A stretch of DNA of 64,000 nucleotides from Blastocatellia bacterium (GCA_031409955.1 JANNYF010000152.1:7070-71069); one strand, 5' to 3'; shown: positions 32,178 through 42,531, counted from the stretch's first letter. Notes: generated by a model not told the origin, from the sequence alone. Made by a program: numbers and translations.

Positions 32178-32258
32178 CCATTAGTTATTAGCTCCATCGG
32201 TGGCAAAGTCCTAAAGCTAATTGCTAACAGCTAATCGCTAATCTACTAACAGCTAACA
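32173..32258. repeat. Inverted heptamer tandem-repeat element (ATTAGCy)n ... (GCTAAyy)n
   Basis: Left arm overlaps the TAG stop at 32175-32177; right arm ends 3 nt before the ATG at 32262. Confidence 0.8.
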
Positions 32259-32261
32259 TTT

Positions 32262-33995
32262 ATGCCACGCCTCCTTGTCAAAACCGGCTCTGCCAACGCT
32301 GATTCGATAGTTGAATTACAACGCCTGCGCACCACGATTGGTCGTTCGGTGCGCAATGATTTGTGGACCGACGATCCCTTTACCTCGCGCCTGCACTCCG
32401 AAATTCGGCAGCGCGGCGATGGCTTCTGGCTCTCAGATTCGGGCAGCGCCAACGGCACGTATCTGAATGGTGCGCGGCTGACGGCTCCAGTCATGTTGCG
32501 CGAGCGCGATGTGTTCCGCGTGGGCGAAACCGAAATCGTTTATGTCGAAAGCGACGAGACAGCGCCGTTGCGGGGGCAAACCGGCGTGTTGATTACGCCT
32601 GCTTCAGAAGCCACACAAATCAAACCGGAAGCCACGATTGTTGCCAGCGCGAAAACCGCTGTGACGGCGGTGTCCCAAGTGCTTTCCGCGATTGACATCA
32701 ATCAAACCACGGTCAGCGGCATGCCGCATGTGGCCGACACATCTGCCGACCTGCTGGCCGTCATCAGCCGCGTGAGTGTGGCGTTGCTCTCCTCGCGCTC
32801 GCTGGACGACACCTTAACGCAAGTTCTGGATTTCGTGTTTGAAGCGTTGCCAGCGGATCGCGGCTACCTGATGCTGTTTGAAAAAGCGTCGGCGCGCGCG
32901 GAGCCGGAATTGATTTGCAAGGCGTTGAAAACGCGCAAGCCGATCCCGGCGTCCGAACAACCCGAAGTCAAAATCAGTCACTCGATTTCCGAGCAGGTTC
33001 TCAAACAAGGCAATTCCATTTTGACGTCCGATGCGCAACACGATCCGCGCTTTCAGCAAAATCAATCCATCGTGTTGAGCGGCATTCGCTCTGTGATGGC
33101 GGTGCCGTTGGCGATTGAAGGTCGCATCCTCGGCATGATTTATGTGGACAGTTCGTTTGGCACGAATCGCTTCACCGAACCGCAGTTGCAATTGCTGACC
33201 TTGATTGCAGGCGTCGCCACGATTCGCATTGATAACGCGCGCCTGTTGGAATTGCAGGTCGAGCAAAAGCGCCTGGCCAACGAATTGGCCGTTGCCAGCG
33301 AGATTCAATTGCGCCTGCACCCAGCCCATCCGCCGCAGATCGCAGGCTACAATATGATCGGCGTGAGCTTTCCGTGTTACGAGGTCGGCGGCGATTACTT
33401 CGATTTTATCGAACGCAAAGACAAGCGCTACACAATTGCCCTGGGCGATGTGTCGGGCAAAGGAACGGGCGCGGCGTTATTGATGACTTCGCTGCACGCC
33501 GCCGTGCGCGCCTACGTCACCACCCCGGCCTCCGCCCCCGAAGTCGTGTCGCAAATCAATCAATACATCTACGACAACACGCCGTCGAATCGCTACATCA
33601 CGTTTTTCTACAGTGAACTTGATCCCAAAACGCATCAACTGACCTACGTCAACGCCGGGCATAATCCGCCGCTGCTGGTGCGCGCCTCCGGCGAGGTCGA
33701 AGAGCTGGATGTGGGCGGCTTCCCCGTTGGGATTATGCCGTTTGGAGAATACCTGGAAGCCACGGTGCAATTGAACTCCGGCGATGTGCTGATTATTTAT
33801 TCCGACGGCGTGACCGAAAGCGTCAACGAAAATGACGATGAGTTTGGCGAGCAACGCCTGATCGAAGTCATGCAAAAAAATCGCACCCGCACCGCTGCTG
33901 GCATCCGTGACCGCATTGATGAAGCGCTCACCCGTTTTGTGGGCAAAGCGAAATCTGTGGATGATTTGACCATGGTCATTGTGAAGCGGGAGTAG
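32262..33995 (+). CDS. FHA-GAF-SpoIIE (PP2C-type) protein phosphatase
   Basis: FHA (IGRS, SRLH, GSANGT), GAF (RSVMAVPL), PP2C motifs VGGDYFD, GDVSGKG, NAGH, YSDG, DDLT. Confidence 0.94.
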   Translation: MPRLLVKTGSANADSIVELQRLRTTIGRSVRNDLWTDDPFTSRLHSEIRQRGDGFWLSDSGSANGTYLNGARLTAPVMLRERDVFRVGETEIVYVESDETAPLRGQTGVLITPASEATQIKPEATIVASAKTAVTAVSQVLSAIDINQTTVSGMPHVADTSADLLAVISRVSVALLSSRSLDDTLTQVLDFVFEALPADRGYLMLFEKASARAEPELICKALKTRKPIPASEQPEVKISHSISEQVLKQGNSILTSDAQHDPRFQQNQSIVLSGIRSVMAVPLAIEGRILGMIYVDSSFGTNRFTEPQLQLLTLIAGVATIRIDNARLLELQVEQKRLANELAVASEIQLRLHPAHPPQIAGYNMIGVSFPCYEVGGDYFDFIERKDKRYTIALGDVSGKGTGAALLMTSLHAAVRAYVTTPASAPEVVSQINQYIYDNTPSNRYITFFYSELDPKTHQLTYVNAGHNPPLLVRASGEVEELDVGGFPVGIMPFGEYLEATVQLNSGDVLIIYSDGVTESVNENDDEFGEQRLIEVMQKNRTRTAAGIRDRIDEALTRFVGKAKSVDDLTMVIVKRE

Positions 33996-34004
33996 GATTG
34001 GTCA

Positions 34005-34102
34005 AGAGAGTCAGAGAGTCTGGAGAGTCGTGAAAATCTCGGACTCTCCAGACTCTCTGGACTCTATAAACTCTCCAGACTCCCTGACTCTCCAGACTTT
34101 TC
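34005..34102. repeat. Inverted nonamer tandem-repeat element (GGAGAGTCT)n ... (AGACTCTCC)n
   Basis: Three purine-rich units, then about six pyrimidine-rich units ending AGACTTTTC directly before the ATG at 34103. Confidence 0.85.
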
Positions 34103-35320
34103 ATGCTTACCTCCTACCTCCTGATTCCTCTGCTCTCTCTTGCGCCCTGTGTTTTGTGGCTGTGGTATTTCTACAGCCGGAGCCTCTACAAACGCCCGTC
34201 GTTGCGGGTGATTGCTCTGACGTTTCTGCTGGGCAGTGTGGCGACGCTGATTGCGATTCCGCTGAATTTATGGGGGCAATCGCTGTTTCTGAATCTGTTC
34301 GGCCCCGGCGTTTGGACACGCGTGCTGGTGCTGTTTCTGGTGGTTGGCCCGGTCGAAGAATTGTGCAAACTTTTAGCGGTTGCAGTGTATGCCTATCGTC
34401 GCCGCGAATTCGATGAACCGTTGGATGGTGTGATTTACAGCGCGACTGGCGCACTTGGTTTTGCCGCCATCGAGAACGTCATTTACCTGTCACAAAACAA
34501 CCCGCTGTTGGTGTTGTTGCGCGGCCCGCTGTCCAATCCGGGACACGCGCTGTTTTCTTCGTTCTGGGGCATGAGTTTGAGCCGTGCGAAATCCGCCCCG
34601 AATATGGTTACGCAACGCTTTCCCATTATCCTGCGCGGGTGGGTGATCGCATCGCTGCTGCACAGCACCTTTGATGTATTGTTATTGGCTTCGGAACGCA
34701 TCAGCATCCTGCTGTTTTACGTCGTCATCGCCGCGTTAGTTGCCTTGTTTTTCTGGGTGCGCAAGCAGATTCGTTTTCACCGCGATACATCGCCGCACCG
34801 CGAAGGCACAATGCTTTTGCAGATTATCAACCTCTGCGAAAACTGCGGCACGAAAGGCATCGCGGGCGAGCCGTGCCTGAAATGTCAGAGCATTGTTCCC
34901 GCGCCGCCGGACTCACCCGTTTGCCCGGTCTGCGCTTCGATCAATCGCGCCGAAGCGAATTTCTGTTTGCGTTGCGGCGCGAATCTGAAATTGACGGCAG
35001 CAGAGAATTTGGATCATCGCCCGCATTTGATTTCTGTCTCCACCGAAGGACAGGAATCACTGGCCTGCATTTTGAATCGCAACGAAATCTTTATTGGGCG
35101 CACGCTGAACAACGATTTCGTGATTGAGCATCCGTCCGTTTCCAAACGCCACGCCCAAATCACGGCCACCAACGGCACCCACACGGTCACTGATTTAGCC
35201 AGCAGCAACGGCACCTTCATCAACGGGCAGCGCATCTCAACCACCACCAAACTTGAAGACGGTTGTGAAGTCCGCTTCGGGCGCGCGCGCTACGTCTACC
35301 GCCAAAACCGAAGCCAATAG
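34103..35320 (+). CDS. PrsW-family intramembrane metalloprotease fused to double zinc ribbon and FHA
   Basis: GPVEELCK (EExxK), GFAAIEN (FxxxE), HALF, HSTFD; CENC..CLKC..CPVC..CLRC; IGR..VSKRHA..SSNGT. Confidence 0.9.
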   Translation: MLTSYLLIPLLSLAPCVLWLWYFYSRSLYKRPSLRVIALTFLLGSVATLIAIPLNLWGQSLFLNLFGPGVWTRVLVLFLVVGPVEELCKLLAVAVYAYRRREFDEPLDGVIYSATGALGFAAIENVIYLSQNNPLLVLLRGPLSNPGHALFSSFWGMSLSRAKSAPNMVTQRFPIILRGWVIASLLHSTFDVLLLASERISILLFYVVIAALVALFFWVRKQIRFHRDTSPHREGTMLLQIINLCENCGTKGIAGEPCLKCQSIVPAPPDSPVCPVCASINRAEANFCLRCGANLKLTAAENLDHRPHLISVSTEGQESLACILNRNEIFIGRTLNNDFVIEHPSVSKRHAQITATNGTHTVTDLASSNGTFINGQRISTTTKLEDGCEVRFGRARYVYRQNRSQ

Positions 35321-35417
35321 CGATGGTTGCCCTCTTGCTCTCTCCCTCTTTCGCCCCGTCCCTCTTTCTCTCCCTCCTGCGCACTGGTACAATGCGCCTC
35401 TGATCCCCGAAGACCTA

Positions 35418-35615
35418 ATGGAACTTATGCTGCCGTTAAAGCACGTGACCGAACAAGACAAGCGCGCGTTGACTTTATACTTTGCCATCGCGTTGCTCGG
35501 CGCGGCGTGTGTGGTTTTTGCAATGCTGTACAAAGCAGATTTTCACGTCGGTAAAAAAGCGGACGCCGAACAATCACCAACCCCCGCGCCAAAGCCAACG
35601 CCCCGCAATCGCTAA
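35418..35615 (+). CDS. Small single-TM protein (65 aa)
   Basis: One hydrophobic helix and a Pro-rich tail; TAATG overlap with lnt. Confidence 0.65.
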   Translation: MELMLPLKHVTEQDKRALTLYFAIALLGAACVVFAMLYKADFHVGKKADAEQSPTPAPKPTPRNR

Positions 35616-37243
35616 TGAATATTGCCTCCCGCCGCATTTATCACTGGCTCGCCGCCGTTGTCTCAGGAGCGTTGCTGGTGCTGTCCTTCCCCAAATTTGA
35701 GTTCAGTTTTTTAGCCTGGATCGCACTTGCGCCCTTGTTGTTTGTGCTGACACAAGCTGAGCAAACCTTGCGCCGAGCATTTGGCTTGGGCTGGGTCACA
35801 GGCTTCGTGTTTTTCTTTTTCTCATGCAACTGGATCACGCATTCGATGATTCGGTATGGCGGAATGAATGTGGGTTTGGCGTATGCGGTCGCAGTGCTGT
35901 TCAGCGCAATTATCGGATTGTTCCCGGCGCTGTTTGCACTGGCGACGGTGCGCTTGCAAAAAGTTTTCGGGCTTTGGGCGTTGGGTGCTACGCCGTTGCT
36001 TTGGGTAGCGACGGAATGGTTGCGAGCAATAATGACCGGCGTAACGTGGAATGCGCTGGGCGTGTCGCAAGGCAGTCAGTTTACGGTTGCACGTTTCGCG
36101 CAAATCGGCGGGGTTGAGTTAATTAGTTGCAGTCTTGTTGCGACAAGTGCTGCGCTGATATTGCTGATGAACATCAAAACCCCAGCGGCAAAACGAATCC
36201 TCGTACTATTTTTATTCGTGGCGCTGGCATTTGTGCTGGTGGAGCGGGGAACTGCTCCGTCCCCCTTCACTAAAGTTAAGCCAATCGAAATCGCTGTCGC
36301 AGGCATTCAGCCCAACCTGCCGGTTGACATCCTGACGCATCCCGATGAATTCACACAGCGCAACACCAGTGGGCTGGAAACAAATCTCAAGCTCACGCGA
36401 GATGCCATCAATGAAACCCCGAACAAAAAAGCCGACCTCATCGTGTGGGCGGAATCGCCGCTCGTGCTGAATTACGAACAGGACGAAACCGCGCGGAACA
36501 AACTCAATGCGCTGGCCAAAGAGTACAACGCACATCTGCTTTTCAGTGCATTGGGACGCGATGGCGAGCAGGTTTACAACAGCGTACAAACGATTACACC
36601 GAACGACAAAGCACTGAAACGCTACGACAAAATGCGTCTCGTACCGTTTGGCGAATACGTGCCGTTGCGGGCGGTACTGGGCTGGTTCGTACCCGCGATG
36701 ATTGGTGATTTCACGCCGGGCAACACGGCGACGGTCAATTCGCTCAAGCTGGCGACAGAAGTTTCGGTTGTCCAAAACGATGAGACGAACGGCGAAGTGG
36801 CGCTCGAACGCACGACGAGTTTCGTCAAAGTCGGCACCTTCATTTGCTACGAAGCGGCTTATCCCAATCTGGTGCGGCAATTTGTTAACAACGGCGCAAC
36901 GCTGCTCATCAATGTTTCTGACGATGCGTGGTTTGGGAATTCTGCCGGAGCCGTGCAGCATCTGAATCACGCGCGCATGCGAGCGATTGAAAACAACCGC
37001 GATATTGTGCGCGTCACCAACAGCGGCGTTTCGGCCTTGATTACCGCGACTGGCGAAGTCGTTGCTCCCTTGCCGATGTTCGCCGCAGCCAGCAAAGTGT
37101 GGACGGCGGAAGAGCGCAAAGGTTTGACGTTCTATGCGCGGTACGGCGATTGGTTCGCCATGCTGAGCGTGGTCATTACAGCTATCGCCATTGGGGCCAG
37201 CTTCGTTTATCATTCGCGCGCCCCAGAAAAATCTCAGATTTGA
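35615..37243 (+). CDS. lnt: Apolipoprotein N-acyltransferase
   Basis: N-terminal TM bundle and nitrilase triad WAE, YDKMRLVPFGEY, ICYE; RAIEN, RVTNSGVS. Confidence 0.96.
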   Translation: MNIASRRIYHWLAAVVSGALLVLSFPKFEFSFLAWIALAPLLFVLTQAEQTLRRAFGLGWVTGFVFFFFSCNWITHSMIRYGGMNVGLAYAVAVLFSAIIGLFPALFALATVRLQKVFGLWALGATPLLWVATEWLRAIMTGVTWNALGVSQGSQFTVARFAQIGGVELISCSLVATSAALILLMNIKTPAAKRILVLFLFVALAFVLVERGTAPSPFTKVKPIEIAVAGIQPNLPVDILTHPDEFTQRNTSGLETNLKLTRDAINETPNKKADLIVWAESPLVLNYEQDETARNKLNALAKEYNAHLLFSALGRDGEQVYNSVQTITPNDKALKRYDKMRLVPFGEYVPLRAVLGWFVPAMIGDFTPGNTATVNSLKLATEVSVVQNDETNGEVALERTTSFVKVGTFICYEAAYPNLVRQFVNNGATLLINVSDDAWFGNSAGAVQHLNHARMRAIENNRDIVRVTNSGVSALITATGEVVAPLPMFAAASKVWTAEERKGLTFYARYGDWFAMLSVVITAIAIGASFVYHSRAPEKSQI

Positions 37244-37306
37244 GATTGGAAATTTGAGATAGCTGTTCCCTACATCTCAAATCTCAAATCTCAAATCTCA
37301 AATCTC
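37238..37306. repeat. Inverted heptamer element (TTTGAGA)n ... (ATCTCAA)4
   Basis: Left arm includes the lnt stop; the perfect ATCTCAA x4 array ends 2 nt before the ATG at 37309. Confidence 0.88.
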
Positions 37307-37308
37307 TT

Positions 37309-38301
37309 ATGCCGTTGCTGGAAGTCAAAAACCTGAAAACCTATTTTGCGACCGCGCGCGGCGAAGTGCGGTCGGTGGATGATGTATCGTTCACGCTCGA
37401 CAGCGGCGAAACGCTCTGTGTTGTCGGCGAATCCGGCTGCGGCAAATCGGTGACGGCGCTTTCGATTATGCGATTGGTCGCGTCTCCGGGTTACATCGCA
37501 GGCGGCGAGATTTTGTTTGAAGGCCGCGACCTGCTAGAGCTTAGCGCAGACGAAATGCGCAAGCTGCGCGGCGACGATATCGCCATGATTTTTCAAGACC
37601 CAATGACGTCGCTGAACCCGGTCTACACAGTCGGCGAACAGATTGCCGAAGCCATTCGCTTACATCGCGGCGTCTCAAACAAAGAAGCCTGGAATCAAGC
37701 CATCGAAGGCATGCGCGATGTAGCGATTCCATCGCCCGAATCCCGCGCCAAAACCTATCCGCACGAAATGTCCGGCGGGATGCGGCAACGCGTGATGATT
37801 GCGATGGCGCTGGCCTGCGACCCCAAACTGCTGATTGCTGATGAACCAACGACCGCGCTGGACGTGACGATTCAAGCGCAGATTTTGCAAGAACTGGCCG
37901 AATTGCAAACCAAACGCCAACTCGGCTTGTTGCTCATCACCCACGACCTCGGCGTTGTCGCAGAAACCGCAGATCGCGTCGCTGTGATGTACGCTGGAAA
38001 AATTGTCGAAGAAGCCCCGGTGCGCGAAATCTTTGCGCGCCCGCGTCATCCGTACACCGAAGGTTTGCTGCGCGCGGTTCCGCAACTCGGCGCAAAAGGC
38101 CATCAAACGCGCTTGCAAACCATCGAAGGCGTCGTGCCAAATCCGTTGGAATTGCCGCCCGGCTGCCGCTTCGCACCGCGCTGTCAGCACGCGCAAGAGC
38201 AATGCCGAACGGGTGAAATCGCGTTGGCAAATGCGGGCGAGGCGCATCTGTCGCGGTGTGTGCGCGTGAAGGAAATTTATAAAGAAGGTATAATTTGCTA
38301 G
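37309..38301 (+). CDS. oppD: Oligopeptide/dipeptide ABC transporter ATP-binding subunit (OppD/DppD type)
   Basis: [24 protein letters not shown] and C-terminal oligo_HPY cysteines. Confidence 0.9.
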   Translation: MPLLEVKNLKTYFATARGEVRSVDDVSFTLDSGETLCVVGESGCGKSVTALSIMRLVASPGYIAGGEILFEGRDLLELSADEMRKLRGDDIAMIFQDPMTSLNPVYTVGEQIAEAIRLHRGVSNKEAWNQAIEGMRDVAIPSPESRAKTYPHEMSGGMRQRVMIAMALACDPKLLIADEPTTALDVTIQAQILQELAELQTKRQLGLLLITHDLGVVAETADRVAVMYAGKIVEEAPVREIFARPRHPYTEGLLRAVPQLGAKGHQTRLQTIEGVVPNPLELPPGCRFAPRCQHAQEQCRTGEIALANAGEAHLSRCVRVKEIYKEGIIC

Positions 38302-38370
38302 ATTTCCCCTCATCCAGCAAAGTTGCGCTGCGCTGCTAATTTAATTTTAGCCGGCAATAAGGAGTTCGTT

Positions 38371-38658
38371 ATGGACGTAAAATCTGCTGTTCAAGTGGCA
38401 GTTCAATATATGAAAGATTTGTTCGCCTCTGAGCAAATAACCAATTTAGGATTAGAAGAGGTCGAGTATGACGATCATACAAACGATTGGATAGTAACCA
38501 TTGGGTTTTCCCGGCCCTGGGATTACCCACAAAGCAGCATCTTGCCAGGAATTGTTGTAAATTCATCTGCTCCACCAAAAAGAGCGTACAAAACCGTCAT
38601 AATTAACGACGGCACAGAAAAAATCCTTTCGGTGAAAAATCGTGAGATAAAACTCTAA
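38371..38658 (+). CDS. Hypothetical protein (95 aa), partner of the PIN gene
   Basis: SD AAGGAG; AT-rich codons; stop directly abuts the PIN ATG. Confidence 0.75.
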   Translation: MDVKSAVQVAVQYMKDLFASEQITNLGLEEVEYDDHTNDWIVTIGFSRPWDYPQSSILPGIVVNSSAPPKRAYKTVIINDGTEKILSVKNREIKL

Positions 38659-39123
38659 ATGGCTTCAGTAATCGTAGACGCCAATTTGTTAGTTCTCTTA
38701 CTGGTTGGGATTACCGACCGAGCGTTTATTTCTAAGCACAAGAAAACAAGAAGTTTTACCGAAGAGGACTTCGATCTCTTGACGATTTTCTTGTCGCAAT
38801 ATCAAAGTATAGTAGTAACGCCTAACATCCTTACTGAAACCTCTAATCTGGCAGGTTTGATAGGTGAACCTAATCGCTCATTTATTTTTGAGACCCTGAA
38901 AGTCTTATTGAAAGCCTATCAAGAGATTTATTTACCAAGCTCGACCATTTCCGACAATTTGCATTTTACTAGCTTAGGCATAACAGATTGCGGAATCATT
39001 GAAACACTGAGCAAGGAAGAGAATACGGAGTTAATTACGACGGATCTTGATTTATATTTGGCGGCGGCCAGTAGTGGAAAGAGAGTTTATAATTTCAACC
39101 ATTTGAGGGCTGCTTACCTATAG
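38659..39123 (+). CDS. PIN domain protein (putative ribonuclease)
   Basis: IVDANLL, ILTETSNL, GITDCGI and ITTDLDL give the four acidic PIN residues. Confidence 0.85.
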   Translation: MASVIVDANLLVLLLVGITDRAFISKHKKTRSFTEEDFDLLTIFLSQYQSIVVTPNILTETSNLAGLIGEPNRSFIFETLKVLLKAYQEIYLPSSTISDNLHFTSLGITDCGIIETLSKEENTELITTDLDLYLAAASSGKRVYNFNHLRAAYL

Positions 39124-39216
39124 TCTGTTTGGGATCATACAAAGAGAAAATGTCGTTTCGCAAGTCTTGCCGAAATTCTCTCCATCCGTCAGCGAAGCGT
39201 GTAAACGCCTGAAAAA

Positions 39217-40176
39217 ATGACTGCATCAACGCTCGTCGAAATCAAACAACTCAAGAAATATTTTCCGGCAGCGCACGGACAATTCGTGCATGCCGTAGAC
39301 GACGTTTCATTCAATATTCATCGGGGTGAAACGTTCGGACTGGTCGGCGAATCCGGCTGCGGCAAAACGACCGTCGGCAGATGTTTGCTGCGCCTGATTG
39401 AACCCACCAGCGGCGCAATCAAATTCGACGATCAAGATTTGCTCGGCCTCGGCAAAAGCGAAATGCGGGCGCTCCGGCGACGCATGCAAATCGTGTTTCA
39501 AGACCCGTATTCGTCGCTCAACCCGCGCATGAAAGTCGGCGACATCATCGGCGAACCACTGATCGTGCATGGCATCGGCAACAAACAAGAGCGCAAAGAC
39601 CGCGTCGCTGAATTGCTCAAGGTCGTCAAGCTTGATCCTGATTACGCGAATCGTTATCCGCATCAATTCAGCGGCGGACAACGGCAACGCATCGGCATTG
39701 CGCGGGCATTGGCGCTCAATCCTGATTTTATTGTGGCGGATGAGCCTGTGTCGGCGCTGGATGTTTCGGTGCAAGCGCAAGTTGTGAATTTGTTGCAAGA
39801 CCTGCAAGAGCAATTTGGATTGACGTATCTGTTCATCTCGCACGGACTCGCAGTGGTCGAGCATATTTCGACGCGCGTCGGCGTGATGTATTTGGGAAAG
39901 ATTGTGGAGCTTGCCCCGGCACTTGAACTTTACGAAAACCCGAAGCATCCTTACACGCAAGCGTTGCTGGCTTCGATTCCATTGCCCGACCCTGAACAAA
40001 CGCGTGACCGCGAGCGTATGGCTCTACGCGGCGAAGTTCCAACGCCGCTGAATCCGCCTGCGGGTTGTCGCTTTCACACTCGCTGCCCGCACGCGATGGA
40101 CAAATGCAAAACTACCGAACCCGAATTCAAAGAAATTGCACCCGGTCATTTCGCCGCGTGCTTTCTGAACGAGTAG
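39217..40176 (+). CDS. oppF: Oligopeptide/dipeptide ABC transporter ATP-binding subunit (OppF/DppF type)
   Basis: [36 protein letters not shown]. Confidence 0.92.
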   Translation: MTASTLVEIKQLKKYFPAAHGQFVHAVDDVSFNIHRGETFGLVGESGCGKTTVGRCLLRLIEPTSGAIKFDDQDLLGLGKSEMRALRRRMQIVFQDPYSSLNPRMKVGDIIGEPLIVHGIGNKQERKDRVAELLKVVKLDPDYANRYPHQFSGGQRQRIGIARALALNPDFIVADEPVSALDVSVQAQVVNLLQDLQEQFGLTYLFISHGLAVVEHISTRVGVMYLGKIVELAPALELYENPKHPYTQALLASIPLPDPEQTRDRERMALRGEVPTPLNPPAGCRFHTRCPHAMDKCKTTEPEFKEIAPGHFAACFLNE

Positions 40177-40263
40177 ACAGTAGTCAGTAGCGGCCCCTTA
40201 TCTTTACTGCTGTACTCTGAAGCCTTCCTACCGATTACTGCCACCTATTAACAAGGAGGCAAT

Positions 40264-41028
40264 ATGACACCTGACACAAATGTTGTAGCCACTGCGGCTC
40301 CCGGCAACTTTTTCAGCCGCTTAATCGGCGTGTATTTCTCGCCGGGCGAGACCTTCAAAGAAATTGGGCAAAGTCCAAGCTTCATCGTTCCTTTGTTGGT
40401 GCTGATGCTGGTCGGCGGACTTGGCGCGTATGTATTGATTGAACGCGTCACCGTACCCAAATTTTTCGGACAGGGAATGGAACAAGCGGTCGCCAAAGGC
40501 CAGATGACACAAGAACAAGCCAATCAACGGCTCGAAGCGATGACCAGCCGAGAGCCAATGATTAAAGGAGGATTCTTTCTCTCTGGCTTCATTCAGTGGG
40601 CGATTATCCCGTTGATTGTGGCGGGACTCTTCAAACTCATCAGCATGGTGATGGGCAAGGAAAATCTATTCAAGCCGCTCTTCACCGTCACCGTATATTC
40701 CATGCTGGCCATTGCCATCTTGTCCACCCTGGTTTTCGTGACTACGTTATACCTCAAACCGGTTGACGAAATTGATATGCAAAGCCTCGGAACCACGAAC
40801 CTGGGGGCATTGTTGGAGATGTTGGTGGGCAAAGACGGATTGCCAAAATTCATTATGTCTTTGGCGCGCTGGATTGATATTTTTGCGATCTGGATGCTGG
40901 CGCTGCTTTCGATTGGCTACGCCGCCGTGACGCGCAAGCTGAAGACTTCAACAGCGGCATTCACGCTGGGCGGGCTGTACGCCACCGTTGCCTTGATTGG
41001 CGCAATTATCGCTGCCGTTCGCGGGTAG
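40264..41028 (+). CDS. YIP1-family membrane protein
   Basis: FFSRLIGVYFSPGETF start and a multi-TM profile; SD GGAGG. Confidence 0.82.
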   Translation: MTPDTNVVATAAPGNFFSRLIGVYFSPGETFKEIGQSPSFIVPLLVLMLVGGLGAYVLIERVTVPKFFGQGMEQAVAKGQMTQEQANQRLEAMTSREPMIKGGFFLSGFIQWAIIPLIVAGLFKLISMVMGKENLFKPLFTVTVYSMLAIAILSTLVFVTTLYLKPVDEIDMQSLGTTNLGALLEMLVGKDGLPKFIMSLARWIDIFAIWMLALLSIGYAAVTRKLKTSTAAFTLGGLYATVALIGAIIAAVRG

Positions 41029-41076
41029 CAAGAAAAGGCACGGGACTGGTGCGCCAAGCCCGTGCCTATCTCTCCG

Positions 41077-41703
41077 CTAAAATTCGCGCCCCTGCTCAAA
41101 CGCTAACACCTCATCCACGCTCAATCTCGGTTTGCGTGGGTGATTACCCGGAGCCGCATACCCAACCGCAATCAACATCACGGGTACATAGCGATCCGAA
41201 ATACCGAACTCACGCTTCACGCCTTCGGGGTCAAACCCAATCATCGGGCCACTCACCAAGCCTTTCGCCTCCGCCGCCAACATCAACGTCATCGCCACCA
41301 AACCGCCCGAACGAAGCGCTTCATCACGCTGCATTTGCGGGTTGCCCTGATACATGCCCGTCGCCATGCCAACCACGTGATCTGCTGTCGCCTGTGGCAT
41401 CGCGCCCGCATCAACTAAGGGCTGATAGATTTGTGGCAGCTTTTCGTAGGCCTGCAAATCGCCCAGAACGATGAAGGTTACGGCGGCATCTGCGACTTTG
41501 GCTTGATTGTACGCGACCGCTTTCAAGCGCGCCTTTTCTTCGGGTTTTGTCACGGCGACAAAGCGCCAATGCTGGATGTTGTACGACGACGGCGCTTCGA
41601 TAGCGTACGAAATCAGTTCTTTGATTTCCGCCTCGGAAAGCGTTTTGGTCGTGTCGAAATGATTCGCTGAAATTCGCTGTTTGATGGTCTCAAGTGTATC
41701 CAC
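41077..41703 (-). CDS. Nitroreductase family protein
   Basis: [24 protein letters not shown]; GTG start with SD GGAGG. Confidence 0.93.
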   Translation of the reverse strand: MDTLETIKQRISANHFDTTKTLSEAEIKELISYAIEAPSSYNIQHWRFVAVTKPEEKARLKAVAYNQAKVADAAVTFIVLGDLQAYEKLPQIYQPLVDAGAMPQATADHVVGMATGMYQGNPQMQRDEALRSGGLVAMTLMLAAEAKGLVSGPMIGFDPEGVKREFGISDRYVPVMLIAVGYAAPGNHPRKPRLSVDEVLAFEQGREF

Positions 41704-41748
41704 AAGTTCCTCCCTCTCACATAACGTTGCGTATCCGCAACAGATTGG

Positions 41749-42447
41749 TTATGGCAGATCAATCAAAATGATTTCACTGTCGGTTGTAGCTTCCAGCGCG
41801 AGGCTGGCTTCGCTGACGATGCGCGCCTGATCGCCTGTAGTGAAAGGCTCTCCGTTAATTTTCACTGCGCCTTCAATCACATACAGAAACGCGCGCCGCT
41901 GCGCTGCCAACGGATGCGCAATCGTGTCGCCCACGTTCAGCCGTGCCACATAAAACGTCACATCCTGATGCACTTTCACTGCGCCCGGCATATCCTGCCC
42001 GGAAGCAATCGGCAGGAATTTGCCGGTGCGCTCCTCGGTTGTGAATTGTTTTTGTTCGTACGAAGGCGTAAGCCCCGCCCGCTCTGGCAGCACCCACATT
42101 TGCAGAAGCTTCGCCACATCCGTTTCCGAAGCATTGAATTCCGAATGCGCCACGCCCGTGCCCGCCGTCATTCGTTGCACTTCGCCCGGACGAATGAAAC
42201 CAACGCCGCCCGTGCTGTCTTTGTGCGCGAGCGCGCCGCTCAGCACGTAGGTCACGATCTCCATTTCACGGTGCGAATGCGTCGGGAAGCCCCCGCCGCC
42301 TTTGATCGTGTCGTGATTGAAGACGCGCAACGGCCCGAAGGCCATATTGTTCGGATCGTAGTAGCGGTCAAAGCTGAATAACCAATAGGCCGAAAGCCAA
42401 TCGCCTTCGAGATGAAACCGATCTTTTGCTGCAATTTTCTGAATCAT
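41749..42447 (-). CDS. Pirin family protein (YhhW-like)
   Basis: FGPLRVFNHD, THSHREMEIVTY, HKDS, AHSE, LQMW. Confidence 0.94.
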   Translation of the reverse strand: MIQKIAAKDRFHLEGDWLSAYWLFSFDRYYDPNNMAFGPLRVFNHDTIKGGGGFPTHSHREMEIVTYVLSGALAHKDSTGGVGFIRPGEVQRMTAGTGVAHSEFNASETDVAKLLQMWVLPERAGLTPSYEQKQFTTEERTGKFLPIASGQDMPGAVKVHQDVTFYVARLNVGDTIAHPLAAQRRAFLYVIEGAVKINGEPFTTGDQARIVSEASLALEATTDSEIILIDLP

Positions 42448-42481
42448 ACATGGACCTCCTCAAATTTGTTGCCTGATTAAC

Positions 42482-42497
42482 TGTCAACTGATTAACA
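42482..42497 (-). promoter_or_regulatory. Putative MarR operator upstream of pirin
   Basis: Plus-strand TGTCAACTGATTAACA matches TGTCAACCAGGAAACA upstream of marR (TGTCAAC-N5-AACA). Confidence 0.5.
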
Positions 42498-42531
42498 ATA
42501 AGAGCAAAAAAAACGACCTCTACGGATGAAG

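Noticed and set aside
36212-37213. 333-aa minus-strand ORF
   Set aside because: Antisense shadow of lnt with no recognisable motifs; typical of GC-rich coding DNA.
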